This document shows positions 18,577 through 28,457 of a stretch of DNA of 32,748 bases, piece by piece. Under the pieces are notes generated by a model. The model did no database searches, was not told the origin of the DNA, and worked only from the letters and a program-made list of their open reading frames with translations. Made by a program: the position numbers and the translations under genes. The stretch lies in the sequence record DRR378314_403; one strand, given 5' to 3'. Every line of letters starts with the position of its first letter. Positions within the stretch are counted from its first letter, which is position 1.

Positions 18577-18660
18577 AAATTGTCATTTCGGACCTCACCC
18601 TTTAAGAGATTGATCATCAATTTGTATGGAAATTTCGGGGTTTGTCCGGAATGACAATTT
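18577..18660. repeat. Long inverted repeat (84-nt stem-loop) with TGTCATT/AATGACA ends
   Basis: AAATTGTCATTTCGGAC (18577-18593) and GTCCGGAATGACAATTT (18644-18660) are 16/17 complementary. An inner ATTGAT-C-ATCAAT palindrome lies at 18609-18621. Confidence 0.8.
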
Positions 18661-18711
18661 TCATTTTAACAGCATAACCGTCAACTGTAATTGCAATTAC
18701 ATCAATTTCTA

Positions 18712-18742
18712 TTGTCAAATCTTATCGGAAATGATATATTTG
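18712..18742 (+). promoter_or_regulatory. Bacteroidota sigma70 promoter for secDF
   Basis: TTG (18712-18714), a 20-nt spacer, then TATATTTG (18735-18742). Confidence 0.65.
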
Positions 18743-18780
18743 CACGCTGTTTAAGAAAACTTCTAAAAAATTAACAATCA

Positions 18781-21747
18781 ATGCAGAATAAAGGACTTAT
18801 AAGGCTTTTCGCGATCCTTTTTGGCTTGGTGAGCATCTATCAGTTATCCTATACTTTCATCACTAACAAGTTGGAGAATGATGCTGAAGCATACGCAGTT
18901 AGCCAAATTTCGGAAGCTGAGGAAGATTATGTTGCAAAGCGTGAAGCTTTAGAGGCATCGTATTTGGATTCCATCAGTGACAACACTGTTTTGGGCTTTA
19001 CGAGCTATGAGGATGCCAAGACAAAAGAGTTGAACAAGGGATTGGACCTTAAAGGAGGGATCAATGTAACCTTGCAGATTTCCGTAAAGGATATTTTGAA
19101 AGGACTGGCCAACAATACCACAAACCCAGTTTTCAACAAGGCCTTGGCCGACGCGGATGAAGCATCAACCAATAGCGATGACACGTATTTGGAGCTTTTC
19201 TTCGAAGCTTTTGATAATATTAAAGGTGAGACCAAATTGGCGTCCCCTGATATTTTTGCAAATAAGGGTCTTAGCGATGACATCAATTTCCAAATGTCCG
19301 ATGATCAGGTAAAACCCATCATCAGAAGAAAAATTGATGAATCCATTGTTTCTGCATTTGAGGTACTTCGTGAGCGTATCGATGGTTTTGGGGTAACCCA
19401 GCCAAACATTCAAAGAGAAGGAAACTCAGGAAGAATTTTAGTAGAGCTTCCGGGTGCCAAGGATATCAACCGTGCCCAGGAACTGTTGTCCAGTACAGCA
19501 CAATTGGAATTTTGGGAAACGTATCCCCAGAGCAATCAAAGTCTTGGTAATTTTTTGGTGAACGCCAACGAGCGTTTAAAAGATATCTTGGAGCCACAAG
19601 CTACGGAAGAAGAGGTTTCCAAACCTGAATCCGAAATTGATTCCTTGCTTTCTGATGTATCCCAGGACTCTTTGGACATGACCCAGGAGGCAAACCCACT
19701 ATTGGGCAAGTTGCTTCCAGCCAATCCTGGTAGTCACGCCATTGCACGTGCTATGGTTGCGGATACCGCTGAACTTGGTGAGTATTTGAGAATGCCGGAA
19801 ATCAAAAGATTGTTACCCAACGATGTTCAATTTACCAGATTTCTTTGGGAGCGTCCGGCAAAGGATTCTGAAGTTGCCGATCTATACGCCTTGAAATCCA
19901 ATAGGGATGGTGTTCCAAGAATAAGTGGAGACGTAGTTTCCGATGCACAGGATACCTTTGACCAGTTCAACAAACCAGCCGTTAGCATGACGATGAACAC
20001 GCGTGGTGCCAAGGAGTGGGAAGAGTTGACAGGGGATGCCTACAATAACCAAACAGGGATTGCCATTGTACTGGATAATAAGGTGTATACTGCTCCAGGT
20101 GTTTCCTCGGGACCTATTTCCGGAGGACGTTCTGAAATTACAGGTACATTTACGGTAAACGAAACCAAAGATATAGCCAACGTATTGCGCGCAGGTAAAT
20201 TACCTGCCTCCGCAGAAATCATTGATTCATTCGTAGTAGGCCCATCCTTGGGACAAGAAGCTATAGATAGTGGATTTATGTCCTTCGCGATAGCGATGTT
20301 GTTTGTATTGATATGGATGATTTTCTACTACGGTAGAGCAGGAGTATTTGCTGATATCGCCCTATTGTTCAACATACTTTTGATTTTTGGTGTATTGACC
20401 AGCTTAGGAGCTGTGTTGACCTTGCCAGGTATTGCCGGTATTGTGTTGACCATAGGTATGTCGGTGGATGCCAACGTACTTATTTTTGAAAGGATTAAAG
20501 AAGAATTGGCGCGTGGTAAAGGAAAGGCACAAGCCATTGCCGATGGTTTTGGAAATGCTTTGTCTTCCATTTTGGATGCCAACATTACAACGGGACTAAC
20601 CGCGATCATCTTATTTATATTTGGGTCAGGGCCTATTAAAGGTTTTGCCACTACATTGATGATTGGTATCGTAACTTCCTTGTTTACAGCAATTTTCGTC
20701 ACTCGATTGATGGTCAATGCCTACACCAACAAGAAAGGACGCAGATTGGATTTCAGCACAGCAATCACCAAGAATCTGTTCACTAATTTGAGTATCGACT
20801 TCTTGTCAAAGCGTAAAGTATCATACATTGTTTCCGGTATTTTGATCATAGTGAGTGTAATCTCATTATCAACCCTCAAACTTCAACAAGGGGTGGATTT
20901 TGTTGGTGGACGTTCCTATCAAGTCCGATTTGAAAAAGCAGTAAATCCATCTGAGATCGCTGCTGATTTGAACGAAGAATTTGGAAGTGGAACCAATGCA
21001 AAAACATTTGGTACTGCCAATCAAATAATAATTACCACCAATTATAGGTTTGAAGAAAACGGGCCCGAGGTAGACACGGAGATTTTGAACGAAATGTTCA
21101 CAAATCTTCAAAAATATTTCCCTGATGGTACCACTTATGATGACTTTAAGCCAGGAGGTACAGCAGAAGAATTGGGAGTGTTGAAATACCGTAAGGTAGG
21201 ACCGACCATTGCTGATGATATTAAAAAAGGAGCCGTATTGGCCATTATTGCATCGTTGGCGGTAGTTTTCCTTTACATTCTATTGCGATTTAGAAAATGG
21301 CAATTCTCTTTGGGTGCCGTAGTCGCTGTATTTCACGATGTTATGATCGTATTGGGTATCTTCTCCTTAACCGGAAGTATTATGCCTTTCAATATGGAAA
21401 TTGACCAAGCTTTTATAGCGGCCATTCTAACGGTAATCGGTTATTCCCTGAACGATACGGTGGTAGTATTCGACCGTATCCGTGAAATCACCCTTCTCAA
21501 AGGGTTTAAAGGTGGTGAAAACATCAACGATGCCTTAAACAGTACTTTGAGCCGAACGTTGAATACTTCCCTTACCACATTGATTGTGTTGTTGGCCATC
21601 TTTACCTTTGGAGGTGAAAGCTTAAGAGGATTTATGTTCGCAATGATCATTGGTGTAATTGTGGGTACATACTCCTCCGTATTTATCGCAACACCGGTAA
21701 TGTTCGATTCATTAAAGAAGAAAATTGCTGCTGCTACAGGAGCATAG
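18781..21747 (+). CDS. secDF: Protein translocase subunit SecDF (fused)
   Basis: GLDLKGG, RIDGFGVTQPNIQ, ILVELPG, AIVLD, VGPSLG, GMSVDANVLIFERIKEE (SecD); GVDFVGG, GYSLNDTVVVFDRIRE (SecF). Confidence 0.97.
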   Translation: MQNKGLIRLFAILFGLVSIYQLSYTFITNKLENDAEAYAVSQISEAEEDYVAKREALEASYLDSISDNTVLGFTSYEDAKTKELNKGLDLKGGINVTLQISVKDILKGLANNTTNPVFNKALADADEASTNSDDTYLELFFEAFDNIKGETKLASPDIFANKGLSDDINFQMSDDQVKPIIRRKIDESIVSAFEVLRERIDGFGVTQPNIQREGNSGRILVELPGAKDINRAQELLSSTAQLEFWETYPQSNQSLGNFLVNANERLKDILEPQATEEEVSKPESEIDSLLSDVSQDSLDMTQEANPLLGKLLPANPGSHAIARAMVADTAELGEYLRMPEIKRLLPNDVQFTRFLWERPAKDSEVADLYALKSNRDGVPRISGDVVSDAQDTFDQFNKPAVSMTMNTRGAKEWEELTGDAYNNQTGIAIVLDNKVYTAPGVSSGPISGGRSEITGTFTVNETKDIANVLRAGKLPASAEIIDSFVVGPSLGQEAIDSGFMSFAIAMLFVLIWMIFYYGRAGVFADIALLFNILLIFGVLTSLGAVLTLPGIAGIVLTIGMSVDANVLIFERIKEELARGKGKAQAIADGFGNALSSILDANITTGLTAIILFIFGSGPIKGFATTLMIGIVTSLFTAIFVTRLMVNAYTNKKGRRLDFSTAITKNLFTNLSIDFLSKRKVSYIVSGILIIVSVISLSTLKLQQGVDFVGGRSYQVRFEKAVNPSEIAADLNEEFGSGTNAKTFGTANQIIITTNYRFEENGPEVDTEILNEMFTNLQKYFPDGTTYDDFKPGGTAEELGVLKYRKVGPTIADDIKKGAVLAIIASLAVVFLYILLRFRKWQFSLGAVVAVFHDVMIVLGIFSLTGSIMPFNMEIDQAFIAAILTVIGYSLNDTVVVFDRIREITLLKGFKGGENINDALNSTLSRTLNTSLTTLIVLLAIFTFGGESLRGFMFAMIIGVIVGTYSSVFIATPVMFDSLKKKIAAATGA

Positions 21748-21776
21748 TTTTTCGTTTTTTTATTACACTTTATAAT

Positions 21777-21808
21777 AAAGGTCCTCACTTTGAGGACCTT
21801 TCTTTTTT
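21777..21808. terminator. Intrinsic terminator between secDF and the convergent glycosyltransferase
   Basis: AAAGGTCCTCA-CTT-TGAGGACCTTT followed by CTTTTTT. Confidence 0.85.
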
Positions 21809-21812
21809 ATAA

Positions 21813-23276
21813 TTATGTTTTGTTGGTCGATAATGTTTCCAACCACGATAGCAATTGGCTGAACAAGGTGAAGTTCTGAATTACCCGAAGCTGACCGTTA
21901 AAGCCCCATTTATCCCTTTCTTTGGGGTGGTTGAGCATATAGGCCAAGGTCTTGGATAAACCTTCAATATCTGTGGGGTCAGGATTTATTTGTCCCGTGT
22001 TGTTGTGGACCACCTGAAGTTTAAGTCCAGCGGCGTTGGAAACTAGAACGGGCTTTCTTTTCCACATCGCCTCTGTGGCAGTAAGTCCAAATCCTTCTTG
22101 AATGGAGTTTTGCACAATAATACTGGATGTACGCTGGAGTGCATTCACGATCAAAGCATTTTCCTTTGGATTGTCCAGTGGTAGCAATAAGATGGCAATA
22201 TCATTTTGCATGCTGCTGTCCACTTTTTTATAAGTTTCCGTAAGTTCTTTTAGCACCTCTTTGCCCTCTGGGTCGTCGGATACAAAAGCTGGATCTGGTC
22301 CGCCCAATACCAAAAGTGTCATTTCAATGCGTTTGTACCCTAGACTTTTAGGGTCACCATTTTTCCTATTGTCCAATTTCATTTGAATAAAGGCTTCCAT
22401 CAATTCCTTGAAACCCTTAAGTCGGTCCCATCTTGAAATTTCTGTCACGATGGGGCGATAAATCAAGTCCAAGTTTTGACCAGCGTCCAACACATCAAAA
22501 GAGCCATCGGGCATTACCTTTCTCACCAAATGCTCATATCGATGGTACAAAATGGCCTTATGGTCATCCAAAACACCGGATTGATACAAAATACCAATAC
22601 ACTTGTGCAATTGAAGTTCACGGTTTTTGTGACTCAAGGGGTCAATGGCCGGTGGTATAATGGAAACTCTGTTTTTTAAAGGCTTTGGAACGTAAGCAGG
22701 AAGGCTGAATACAAAATGGTCGTAATCATTGGTATACGGCTCCAAAAACTTCCAAACAGCATCTGTTATTTCCGTATCATCTTCCAGCCCTATATGGCAC
22801 CTCCAAATAATGGAAACCTTCTTTTCTTTCTTGATCATGGCCGCCAATGGCATTGGTTGTGGATCGTGGACCACCACTATATCACCATCATTGATGAGTT
22901 CCAGAGCTTGGGGAAGATTGTTTCGGTTGACTTTCTCGTAGATTTTTCGGTCATCCTCTGTGAAAATTCCGTTACCGCTTCCGTGTATAGCGTTGTGGAT
23001 ACGTTTGGTCAAATCAAAAAAGGCATCTTTTTTTGCTTCTATAACGAGCCATTCGATGGATACGCCCAGTTCTCGCAATATTCGCATTTGACTGGGGAGC
23101 ATTTCAGCAACACCGCCACCTATGGCTGTGGAGTTGATCATCCAAATGGTTCTACCTTTAAGGGATTCAATAGGCGCTTTGGCCTGTTCCATAAAATCCA
23201 GAACAGAAGAGTAGAGGGAGCCATATGCCTTGTAATCTACAAGCTTGGCACCTGGCTTAACATTTATTTTTTGCAT
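21813..23276 (-). CDS. treT: GT4 glycosyltransferase, trehalose synthase TreT-like
   Basis: INSTAIGGGVAEML, TKRIHNAIHG, VHDPQP, IWRCHI, PPAIDPLSHKN, SRWDRLKG, DDPEG, VNALQR, EGFGLTATEAMWK. Confidence 0.8.
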   Translation of the reverse strand: MQKINVKPGAKLVDYKAYGSLYSSVLDFMEQAKAPIESLKGRTIWMINSTAIGGGVAEMLPSQMRILRELGVSIEWLVIEAKKDAFFDLTKRIHNAIHGSGNGIFTEDDRKIYEKVNRNNLPQALELINDGDIVVVHDPQPMPLAAMIKKEKKVSIIWRCHIGLEDDTEITDAVWKFLEPYTNDYDHFVFSLPAYVPKPLKNRVSIIPPAIDPLSHKNRELQLHKCIGILYQSGVLDDHKAILYHRYEHLVRKVMPDGSFDVLDAGQNLDLIYRPIVTEISRWDRLKGFKELMEAFIQMKLDNRKNGDPKSLGYKRIEMTLLVLGGPDPAFVSDDPEGKEVLKELTETYKKVDSSMQNDIAILLLPLDNPKENALIVNALQRTSSIIVQNSIQEGFGLTATEAMWKRKPVLVSNAAGLKLQVVHNNTGQINPDPTDIEGLSKTLAYMLNHPKERDKWGFNGQLRVIQNFTLFSQLLSWLETLSTNKT

Positions 23277-23357
23277 TTAAGGGAAAGTTAATGATTGAAT
23301 TCCCTATAAGATAACAAAAAAATGAATGGGTGGGTTAAGTGTTTGTTTGTGAAACGT

Positions 23358-24608
23358 TTATGATTTGGAAGTGATGCCTGTGGAGCCTTTTTCCAACGGA
23401 TGTAGTTCAAAAATATGCTCTGGAGCTAGCTCTGGCTCTTTACGATGGGATACAAAAATGATAGCGGTTTCGCTTTCTTTGGCGATTTTGTTTACCAAGG
23501 ACACAAAAAGATTCGCACTGGTATCATCCAACCCTGCCGTAGGTTCATCCAAAATAAGTAATGGTGGATGTTTTACCATGGAGCGCGCCATCATAACCAA
23601 ACGCTTATTACCGGTACTTAGGTCGCGAAAGTGATCGTTTTTCCTACCGTTTAGTTGTAAAAGCTCAAGCCATTGGTTGGCCAATTGCTTTTCACGGTCC
23701 GTAGGTTGTACATAAAGCCCAATGGAGTCGTGGAGCCCGGAGATGATCATATTTTCCAGACTGTGATATCCTCGAAATTTGTCGGTAATGGCAGGAGCGT
23801 AGTACCCTATTTTTTGTTTGAGGTCCCAAACACTTTCACCACTTCCTTTTTTTTGTCCAAAAATGGTCAGGTGCTGTCCGTAACCTTTATGGCTATCTCC
23901 GGTAATCATCGATAGGAGGGTGGATTTACCACTGCCATTGGGACCGATCAATTGCCAGAACTCCCCTTTTTTGATGGTCCAATCGATTTGATTCAAGACT
24001 TGACGGCCATCAAAACTTACGGATACCTTTTTAAAACTGACCAATTCGATATTTTCCACTTCAACTGGAGCCAGCGGTAGTGGAATAGCCCCATTAAAAT
24101 TGATGGATTCCATTTTATTTTCTGCCCAAAAAGAATCTGAAGATTCATAGGGATGCAGATTGTCTCCATCAAGTTTGAAATAGTCTGTTGTATTAGGTAA
24201 AATATCGTCCAACCTACCCATCAATTGTACCAGAACCTTGTTCGATGCAATGTTCGAAAGCTGTTCTTTCAACTTGTGTTGCGTGGCAACATCCAAATTG
24301 TCAAACGGATTGACCAAAACCAGAAAATCCGGGTCTTGTTCCAATAAATAATTGAGCAACGCTTTTTTTTGTTCCCCGCTGCTCATGGTTTTTAAAGGTT
24401 GCTTCCTTCCCTTGGTCAATATTTTGATGTCGTGGCGATCTTCTTCATCCATATATCGATTGATTTCCGAACGAGAAAAAAGCAGTCCGTGCAACGTTTG
24501 AAGCTCATTTAATCCATCAACGGGTCGATTTTTGAGCAAATTATGAACCAGTTGTTCGGTATTGGAGTTGTTTTGTGTAAGGATGGCGTAGCTCTTGGGT
24601 AGCTTCAT
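23358..24608 (-). CDS. ModF-like ABC ATP-binding protein with a degenerate N-terminal NBD
   Basis: C-terminal NBD has GPNGSGKS, GSGESVWDLKQKIG (ModF-like), LSTG and LLILDEP. The N-terminal half keeps MSSGEQKK and LVLVNPFDNLD but has no Walker A. Confidence 0.85.
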   Translation of the reverse strand: MKLPKSYAILTQNNSNTEQLVHNLLKNRPVDGLNELQTLHGLLFSRSEINRYMDEEDRHDIKILTKGRKQPLKTMSSGEQKKALLNYLLEQDPDFLVLVNPFDNLDVATQHKLKEQLSNIASNKVLVQLMGRLDDILPNTTDYFKLDGDNLHPYESSDSFWAENKMESINFNGAIPLPLAPVEVENIELVSFKKVSVSFDGRQVLNQIDWTIKKGEFWQLIGPNGSGKSTLLSMITGDSHKGYGQHLTIFGQKKGSGESVWDLKQKIGYYAPAITDKFRGYHSLENMIISGLHDSIGLYVQPTDREKQLANQWLELLQLNGRKNDHFRDLSTGNKRLVMMARSMVKHPPLLILDEPTAGLDDTSANLFVSLVNKIAKESETAIIFVSHRKEPELAPEHIFELHPLEKGSTGITSKS

Positions 24609-24628
24609 GGGGTAAAAAGGTATAGTCC

Positions 24629-24636
24629 CAAAATTA
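24629..24636 (-). promoter_or_regulatory. -7 promoter element for the ModF-like gene
   Basis: CAAAATTA on + reads TAATTTTG on -, 20 nt upstream of ATG 24608. Confidence 0.5.
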
Positions 24637-24639
24637 CGA

Positions 24640-25164
24640 TTATCCTTGATTCACCCTAAAAATATGTACGGGATTATTCTTGTAGGTAGTGGTTTTGTCC
24701 AAGTGCATACCGTTTTTTTGTGCCACTTTTTGAGATGGAACATTATCCACATGGATAATGGAAATCAATGATTGGGCGAAGTTGTTTTCAAAAGCAAATT
24801 CCTTGCATTTTTGGGCGGCTTCAAAAGCATAGCCTTGCAACCAAAATTCAGGGAGTACAGAATAGCCAATTTCCAATTCGGCAATGTTGTCCACGGTTTG
24901 TACGAGCAGGCCACAAATGCCGACCAATTCTCCCGATTCTTTTGAAATCAGGCCGTTCATACCACCCAAATTGTTTTCGTAGCGCTCAAAAACCCTATCA
25001 AATTGAGCCTTGCAAGCTTCAACGGGGTCTTTGGGCAAGCCTTCCCAATATTGTGTTGATTTTGGATTGCGGTAGAAGGGCAGCCAATCATCAAAATCCG
25101 ATGCTTTCAGTTTGCGAAAAAGCAACCGTTCCGAAGTTTGGTTGTGCAATAGAAATTTTGACAT
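24640..25164 (-). CDS. GNAT N-acetyltransferase, RimJ/RimL family
   Basis: SERLLFR, LVGICGL, EIGYSVLPEFWLQGYAFEA, NVPSQKVAQKNGM. Start corrected to ATG 25164, 1 nt after the DUF192 stop, instead of 25314. Confidence 0.88.
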   Translation of the reverse strand: MSKFLLHNQTSERLLFRKLKASDFDDWLPFYRNPKSTQYWEGLPKDPVEACKAQFDRVFERYENNLGGMNGLISKESGELVGICGLLVQTVDNIAELEIGYSVLPEFWLQGYAFEAAQKCKEFAFENNFAQSLISIIHVDNVPSQKVAQKNGMHLDKTTTYKNNPVHIFRVNQG

Positions 25165-25165
25165 T

Positions 25166-25648
25166 TTAATTTCTGGAAAACGAGATACTGTCTCCAACTT
25201 GCAGTCCCAATTGGTCCGAAAGTCCCGCATTGATTTCCAACACATATTTTGCAGGGACATTGGAGGGCAGGCTATTTTCATTGAATGGTTGTGCGTTCTT
25301 TTGGAAGCTGACAATCTTCATTCCCGTATTGATGTAAATGATATCCAAAGGAATTTCGGTATTCTTCATATAAAAATACTGTAAGGACTCTGTGGGCTGA
25401 ATAAAAAGCATTCCTCTATCCTTTTTCATGGATTTTCTGTACATGAGTCCTGTCTGGGTTTCGTACTCGTTTTCGGCAATCTCTATATCAAAATTGGCCT
25501 TTATGGTATCTGTTTCGGTAGCAATAATAGCGAGTTCCCCTTCTTTGGTAAAGGAAATGGACTCTGTTTTTATTTCCCGTTTAGCATCATTTTTACAAGA
25601 TAAAAAAGCTAGAAAAATGAAAACCAATATTTGGCCGACTCTTGCCAT
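25166..25648 (-). CDS. DUF192 family lipoprotein
   Basis: Lipobox FLSC; EIA, GLMYR, GMLF, FYMKNTEIPLDIIYI, YVLEINAG, GLQVGD. Confidence 0.9.
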   Translation of the reverse strand: MARVGQILVFIFLAFLSCKNDAKREIKTESISFTKEGELAIIATETDTIKANFDIEIAENEYETQTGLMYRKSMKKDRGMLFIQPTESLQYFYMKNTEIPLDIIYINTGMKIVSFQKNAQPFNENSLPSNVPAKYVLEINAGLSDQLGLQVGDSISFSRN

Positions 25649-25651
25649 ACG

Positions 25652-26617
25652 TTAAAGTTCTATGGGTTCAGGTTTCATCATAAAATATATTCCGATAAAT
25701 ATCATAGGGATACTTAACCATTGCCCTGTAGAGAGCGTCATTCCCAACGCATCCTCAAAACCACCTTGACTCTTTTTAAAGAACTCCACGAAGAACCGGA
25801 CCACGAACAATAGCAACATGAAAAGGCCGAAAAGGAACCCAGGTTTGTTTTTCCAGTCGGTTTTCCAATACAAAAGGTATAAAACGATAAATATAAAAAT
25901 GTAGCAAATGGCTTCGTACAATTGTGCTGGATGACGGTATGGGATGGACTGTAAAATTTCGGAGAATTCCGGATTGTGCTGTATGGCTTTGTAAGCCGCG
26001 TTCGGTGTTTGTTCATTGGTGAGTGCCATAGCTTGATACGCGGGCATATCGTCTGAATCGCGGATAAACCGTGTGGCCAAAAAATAGGATTTGTCCACCA
26101 CTTCTCCATTGATCTCTGAATTGAAAAAATTACCAAACCTTACAAAAGCTGCTCCGATGGCAGATGGAATTACCAGTCTGTCCAACAACCAGAGCATTTT
26201 GATGTCTTTCCATTTTCTGGTGTACAACCAAATACCGATAATAGCGGCTATGGTCGCTCCATGGCTTGCCAATCCAGTAAACCCTGTAAATTCATATCCA
26301 TTTATGATACCAAAAAGTGAACTGTCGGCACTTTCGCGAATGGGCAACAGAATTTCCGCCAAATGCTCTTTGTAATAGTCCCAGTCATAAAAGAAAACGT
26401 GTCCCAAACGGGCCCCCAACATAATGGAGACCACGGTATAAATGAAAAGGGAATCCAGTTTTTCCATGGATTTCTTTTCGTTCAAGAAGATTTTCTTCAT
26501 AATGAACCAGCCGAGAACAAAGGCAGCAATCCATAGTAGATTATAATATTTTATTTGCAAAAAACCCAGTTTAAAAAGGGTTCCTTCGGGGTTCCAGTCA
26601 AATCCTAGGAAGTACAT
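25652..26617 (-). CDS. lgt: Prolipoprotein diacylglyceryl transferase
   Basis: GARLGHVFFY, GLASHG, RFGNFFNSE, RHPAQLYEA, RFFVEF, GQWLSIP; multiple transmembrane segments. Confidence 0.95.
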   Translation of the reverse strand: MYFLGFDWNPEGTLFKLGFLQIKYYNLLWIAAFVLGWFIMKKIFLNEKKSMEKLDSLFIYTVVSIMLGARLGHVFFYDWDYYKEHLAEILLPIRESADSSLFGIINGYEFTGFTGLASHGATIAAIIGIWLYTRKWKDIKMLWLLDRLVIPSAIGAAFVRFGNFFNSEINGEVVDKSYFLATRFIRDSDDMPAYQAMALTNEQTPNAAYKAIQHNPEFSEILQSIPYRHPAQLYEAICYIFIFIVLYLLYWKTDWKNKPGFLFGLFMLLLFVVRFFVEFFKKSQGGFEDALGMTLSTGQWLSIPMIFIGIYFMMKPEPIEL

Positions 26618-26684
26618 TTAAATAAATTTTGGGACTAATATAACTACTTTCAATGGTTGCAGGGTGTTAATTAAAGTTCAATTT

Positions 26685-26906
26685 TCAGGGAACGGGATCA
26701 TAACCGCTTCCTCCCCAAGGGTTACAACTGACTATTCTTTTGATGGAGAGCCATCCTCCTTTGAAGAGTCCGTGCTTTTTTAAAGCTTCCAAAGTGTATT
26801 GCGAGCAGGTGGGGGAGTAACGACAGCTTGATGGAAACATAGGGGAGATGAAATATTGATAAAACTTGACCAATAGTACAAATGGCGCTATCAATATTTT
26901 TTTCAT
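26685..26906 (-). CDS. yidD: Membrane protein insertion efficiency factor YidD
   Basis: [39 protein letters not shown]. Confidence 0.95.
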   Translation of the reverse strand: MKKILIAPFVLLVKFYQYFISPMFPSSCRYSPTCSQYTLEALKKHGLFKGGWLSIKRIVSCNPWGGSGYDPVP

Positions 26907-26960
26907 CTTTCAGTACATTAAAGTTCCACAAGACAGATTCTTGATAGGAACGTTGATAAA

Positions 26961-28442
26961 TTAATTGATGCTGAACGTAGTTCCGTCCTTCCCATCTTTT
27001 ATTTGAATGCCCAGGTCAACCAATTGATCTCTAATCTTGTCAGAAGTTGCAAAGTCCTTTTTGGCTCGAGCTTCGTTTCTGATATCGATCAATAATTCCA
27101 TCACTCCATTGAGTGTATTGGAATCATCTTTTGTAATGGATTGATTTTCAATGCCAAGAACATCGTAAACAAAGGCATTTAAGGTATCGGCCAACAATTC
27201 CTTATCGTCGGCTGTGATGCTTTTTTTGTCCTCTTTGATCAGGTTGATGTGTTTCACGGCCTCGAACAACTGCGCAATCAAAATCGGTGTGTTGAAGTCG
27301 TCGTTCATGGCATCGTAGCATTTCTGCTTCCAAGCTGTTACATCAAAATCTGATTTGTTGCCTGTTTTGAGATTGTCAATACTTTCGAGAGCATCCATCA
27401 AGCGGTTGTATCCTTTTTCGGAGGCTTGCAAGGCTTCATCACTAAGGTCCAAAATACTTGTGTAGTGTGCCTGCATCATAAAAAACCGAACCACGGATGG
27501 TGAGTAGGGTTTGCTCAAAATATTGTTGTTCCCACTAAAAATCTCGGCAGGGTAAATATTGTTGTCCGTGGATTTGGACATTTTTCTACCGTTCAAGGTC
27601 AGCATGTTGGCGTGCATCCAGTAGTTTACGGGTGATTTTCCGGTACTGGCTTCCGCTTGTGCTATTTCACATTCGTGGTGCGGGAACTTAAGATCCATTC
27701 CTCCTCCGTGAATGTCGAAAGTCTCGCCCAAATATTTGGTGCTCATGGCTGTACATTCCAAATGCCATCCTGGGAATCCGTCTCCCCACGGGGAAGGCCA
27801 GCGCATAATATGTTGGGGTTCTGCTTTTTTCCAAAGTGCGAAATCCTGTGGGTTTCTTTTTTCATCTTGTGCGGTAAGTTCGCGAGTGTTGGTAATCATA
27901 TCTTCCAACTTTCTACCGCTCAACTTACCGTAATCGTGGTCTTCGTTGAACTTGACCACATCAAAATAAACCGAACCGTTTGCTTCGTAGGCCAATCCTT
28001 TTTCAAGAATCTCCTTGATGATCTCAATCTGCTCTATAATATGACCTGTGGCCGTAGGCTCTATACTGGGTGGCAATAAATTGAACAATTGGAGGGTGTT
28101 GTGAAAGTCAACGGTGTAACGCTGAACCACTTCCATAGGCTCAATTTGTTCCAGTTTAGCTTTTTTTGCAATTTTGTCCTCACCTTCATCCGCATCATTT
28201 TCCAAGTGCCCTGCATCTGTAATGTTGCGAACATAGCGCACTTTGTACCCCAAATGTTTGAAGTAACGAAATATCATATCAAAAGACATAAAGGTTCGGC
28301 AATTGCCCAAGTGCACATTGCTATAAACGGTGGGGCCGCAGACATACATGCCTACGTGGCCTTCGTTTATGGGTTCGAATACGTCTTTTTTTCCAGTAAG
28401 CGAATTATGGATTCGTAAGGTTTGGTCTTTGTACAATTGCAT
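26961..28442 (-). CDS. cysS: Cysteine--tRNA ligase
   Basis: [13 protein letters not shown] (HIGH motif), [41 protein letters not shown]. Confidence 0.97.
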   Translation of the reverse strand: MQLYKDQTLRIHNSLTGKKDVFEPINEGHVGMYVCGPTVYSNVHLGNCRTFMSFDMIFRYFKHLGYKVRYVRNITDAGHLENDADEGEDKIAKKAKLEQIEPMEVVQRYTVDFHNTLQLFNLLPPSIEPTATGHIIEQIEIIKEILEKGLAYEANGSVYFDVVKFNEDHDYGKLSGRKLEDMITNTRELTAQDEKRNPQDFALWKKAEPQHIMRWPSPWGDGFPGWHLECTAMSTKYLGETFDIHGGGMDLKFPHHECEIAQAEASTGKSPVNYWMHANMLTLNGRKMSKSTDNNIYPAEIFSGNNNILSKPYSPSVVRFFMMQAHYTSILDLSDEALQASEKGYNRLMDALESIDNLKTGNKSDFDVTAWKQKCYDAMNDDFNTPILIAQLFEAVKHINLIKEDKKSITADDKELLADTLNAFVYDVLGIENQSITKDDSNTLNGVMELLIDIRNEARAKKDFATSDKIRDQLVDLGIQIKDGKDGTTFSIN

Positions 28443-28457
28443 TTAAACGGTTGGTGT

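Noticed and set aside
17943..18620. 225-aa antisense ORF over mdh
   Set aside because: It shadows a highly conserved gene and has no recognisable motifs; long antisense ORFs are common opposite codon-biased genes.
18577..18660. Possible SRP RNA, tRNA or CRISPR repeat at the mdh-secDF hairpin
   Set aside because: No SRP loop motif, no cloverleaf or TTCGA T-arm, and no regularly spaced direct repeats; kept only as an inverted repeat.
25165..25314. 50-aa N-terminal extension of the GNAT ORF overlapping DUF192
   Set aside because: It is an alternative frame of the DUF192 3' end with no family-like features; ATG 25164 directly after the DUF192 stop gives a normal-length RimJ/L protein.
26722..26931. 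69-aa ORF overlapping yidD in another frame
   Set aside because: The 26685-26906 frame carries all YidD motifs; this frame has none.
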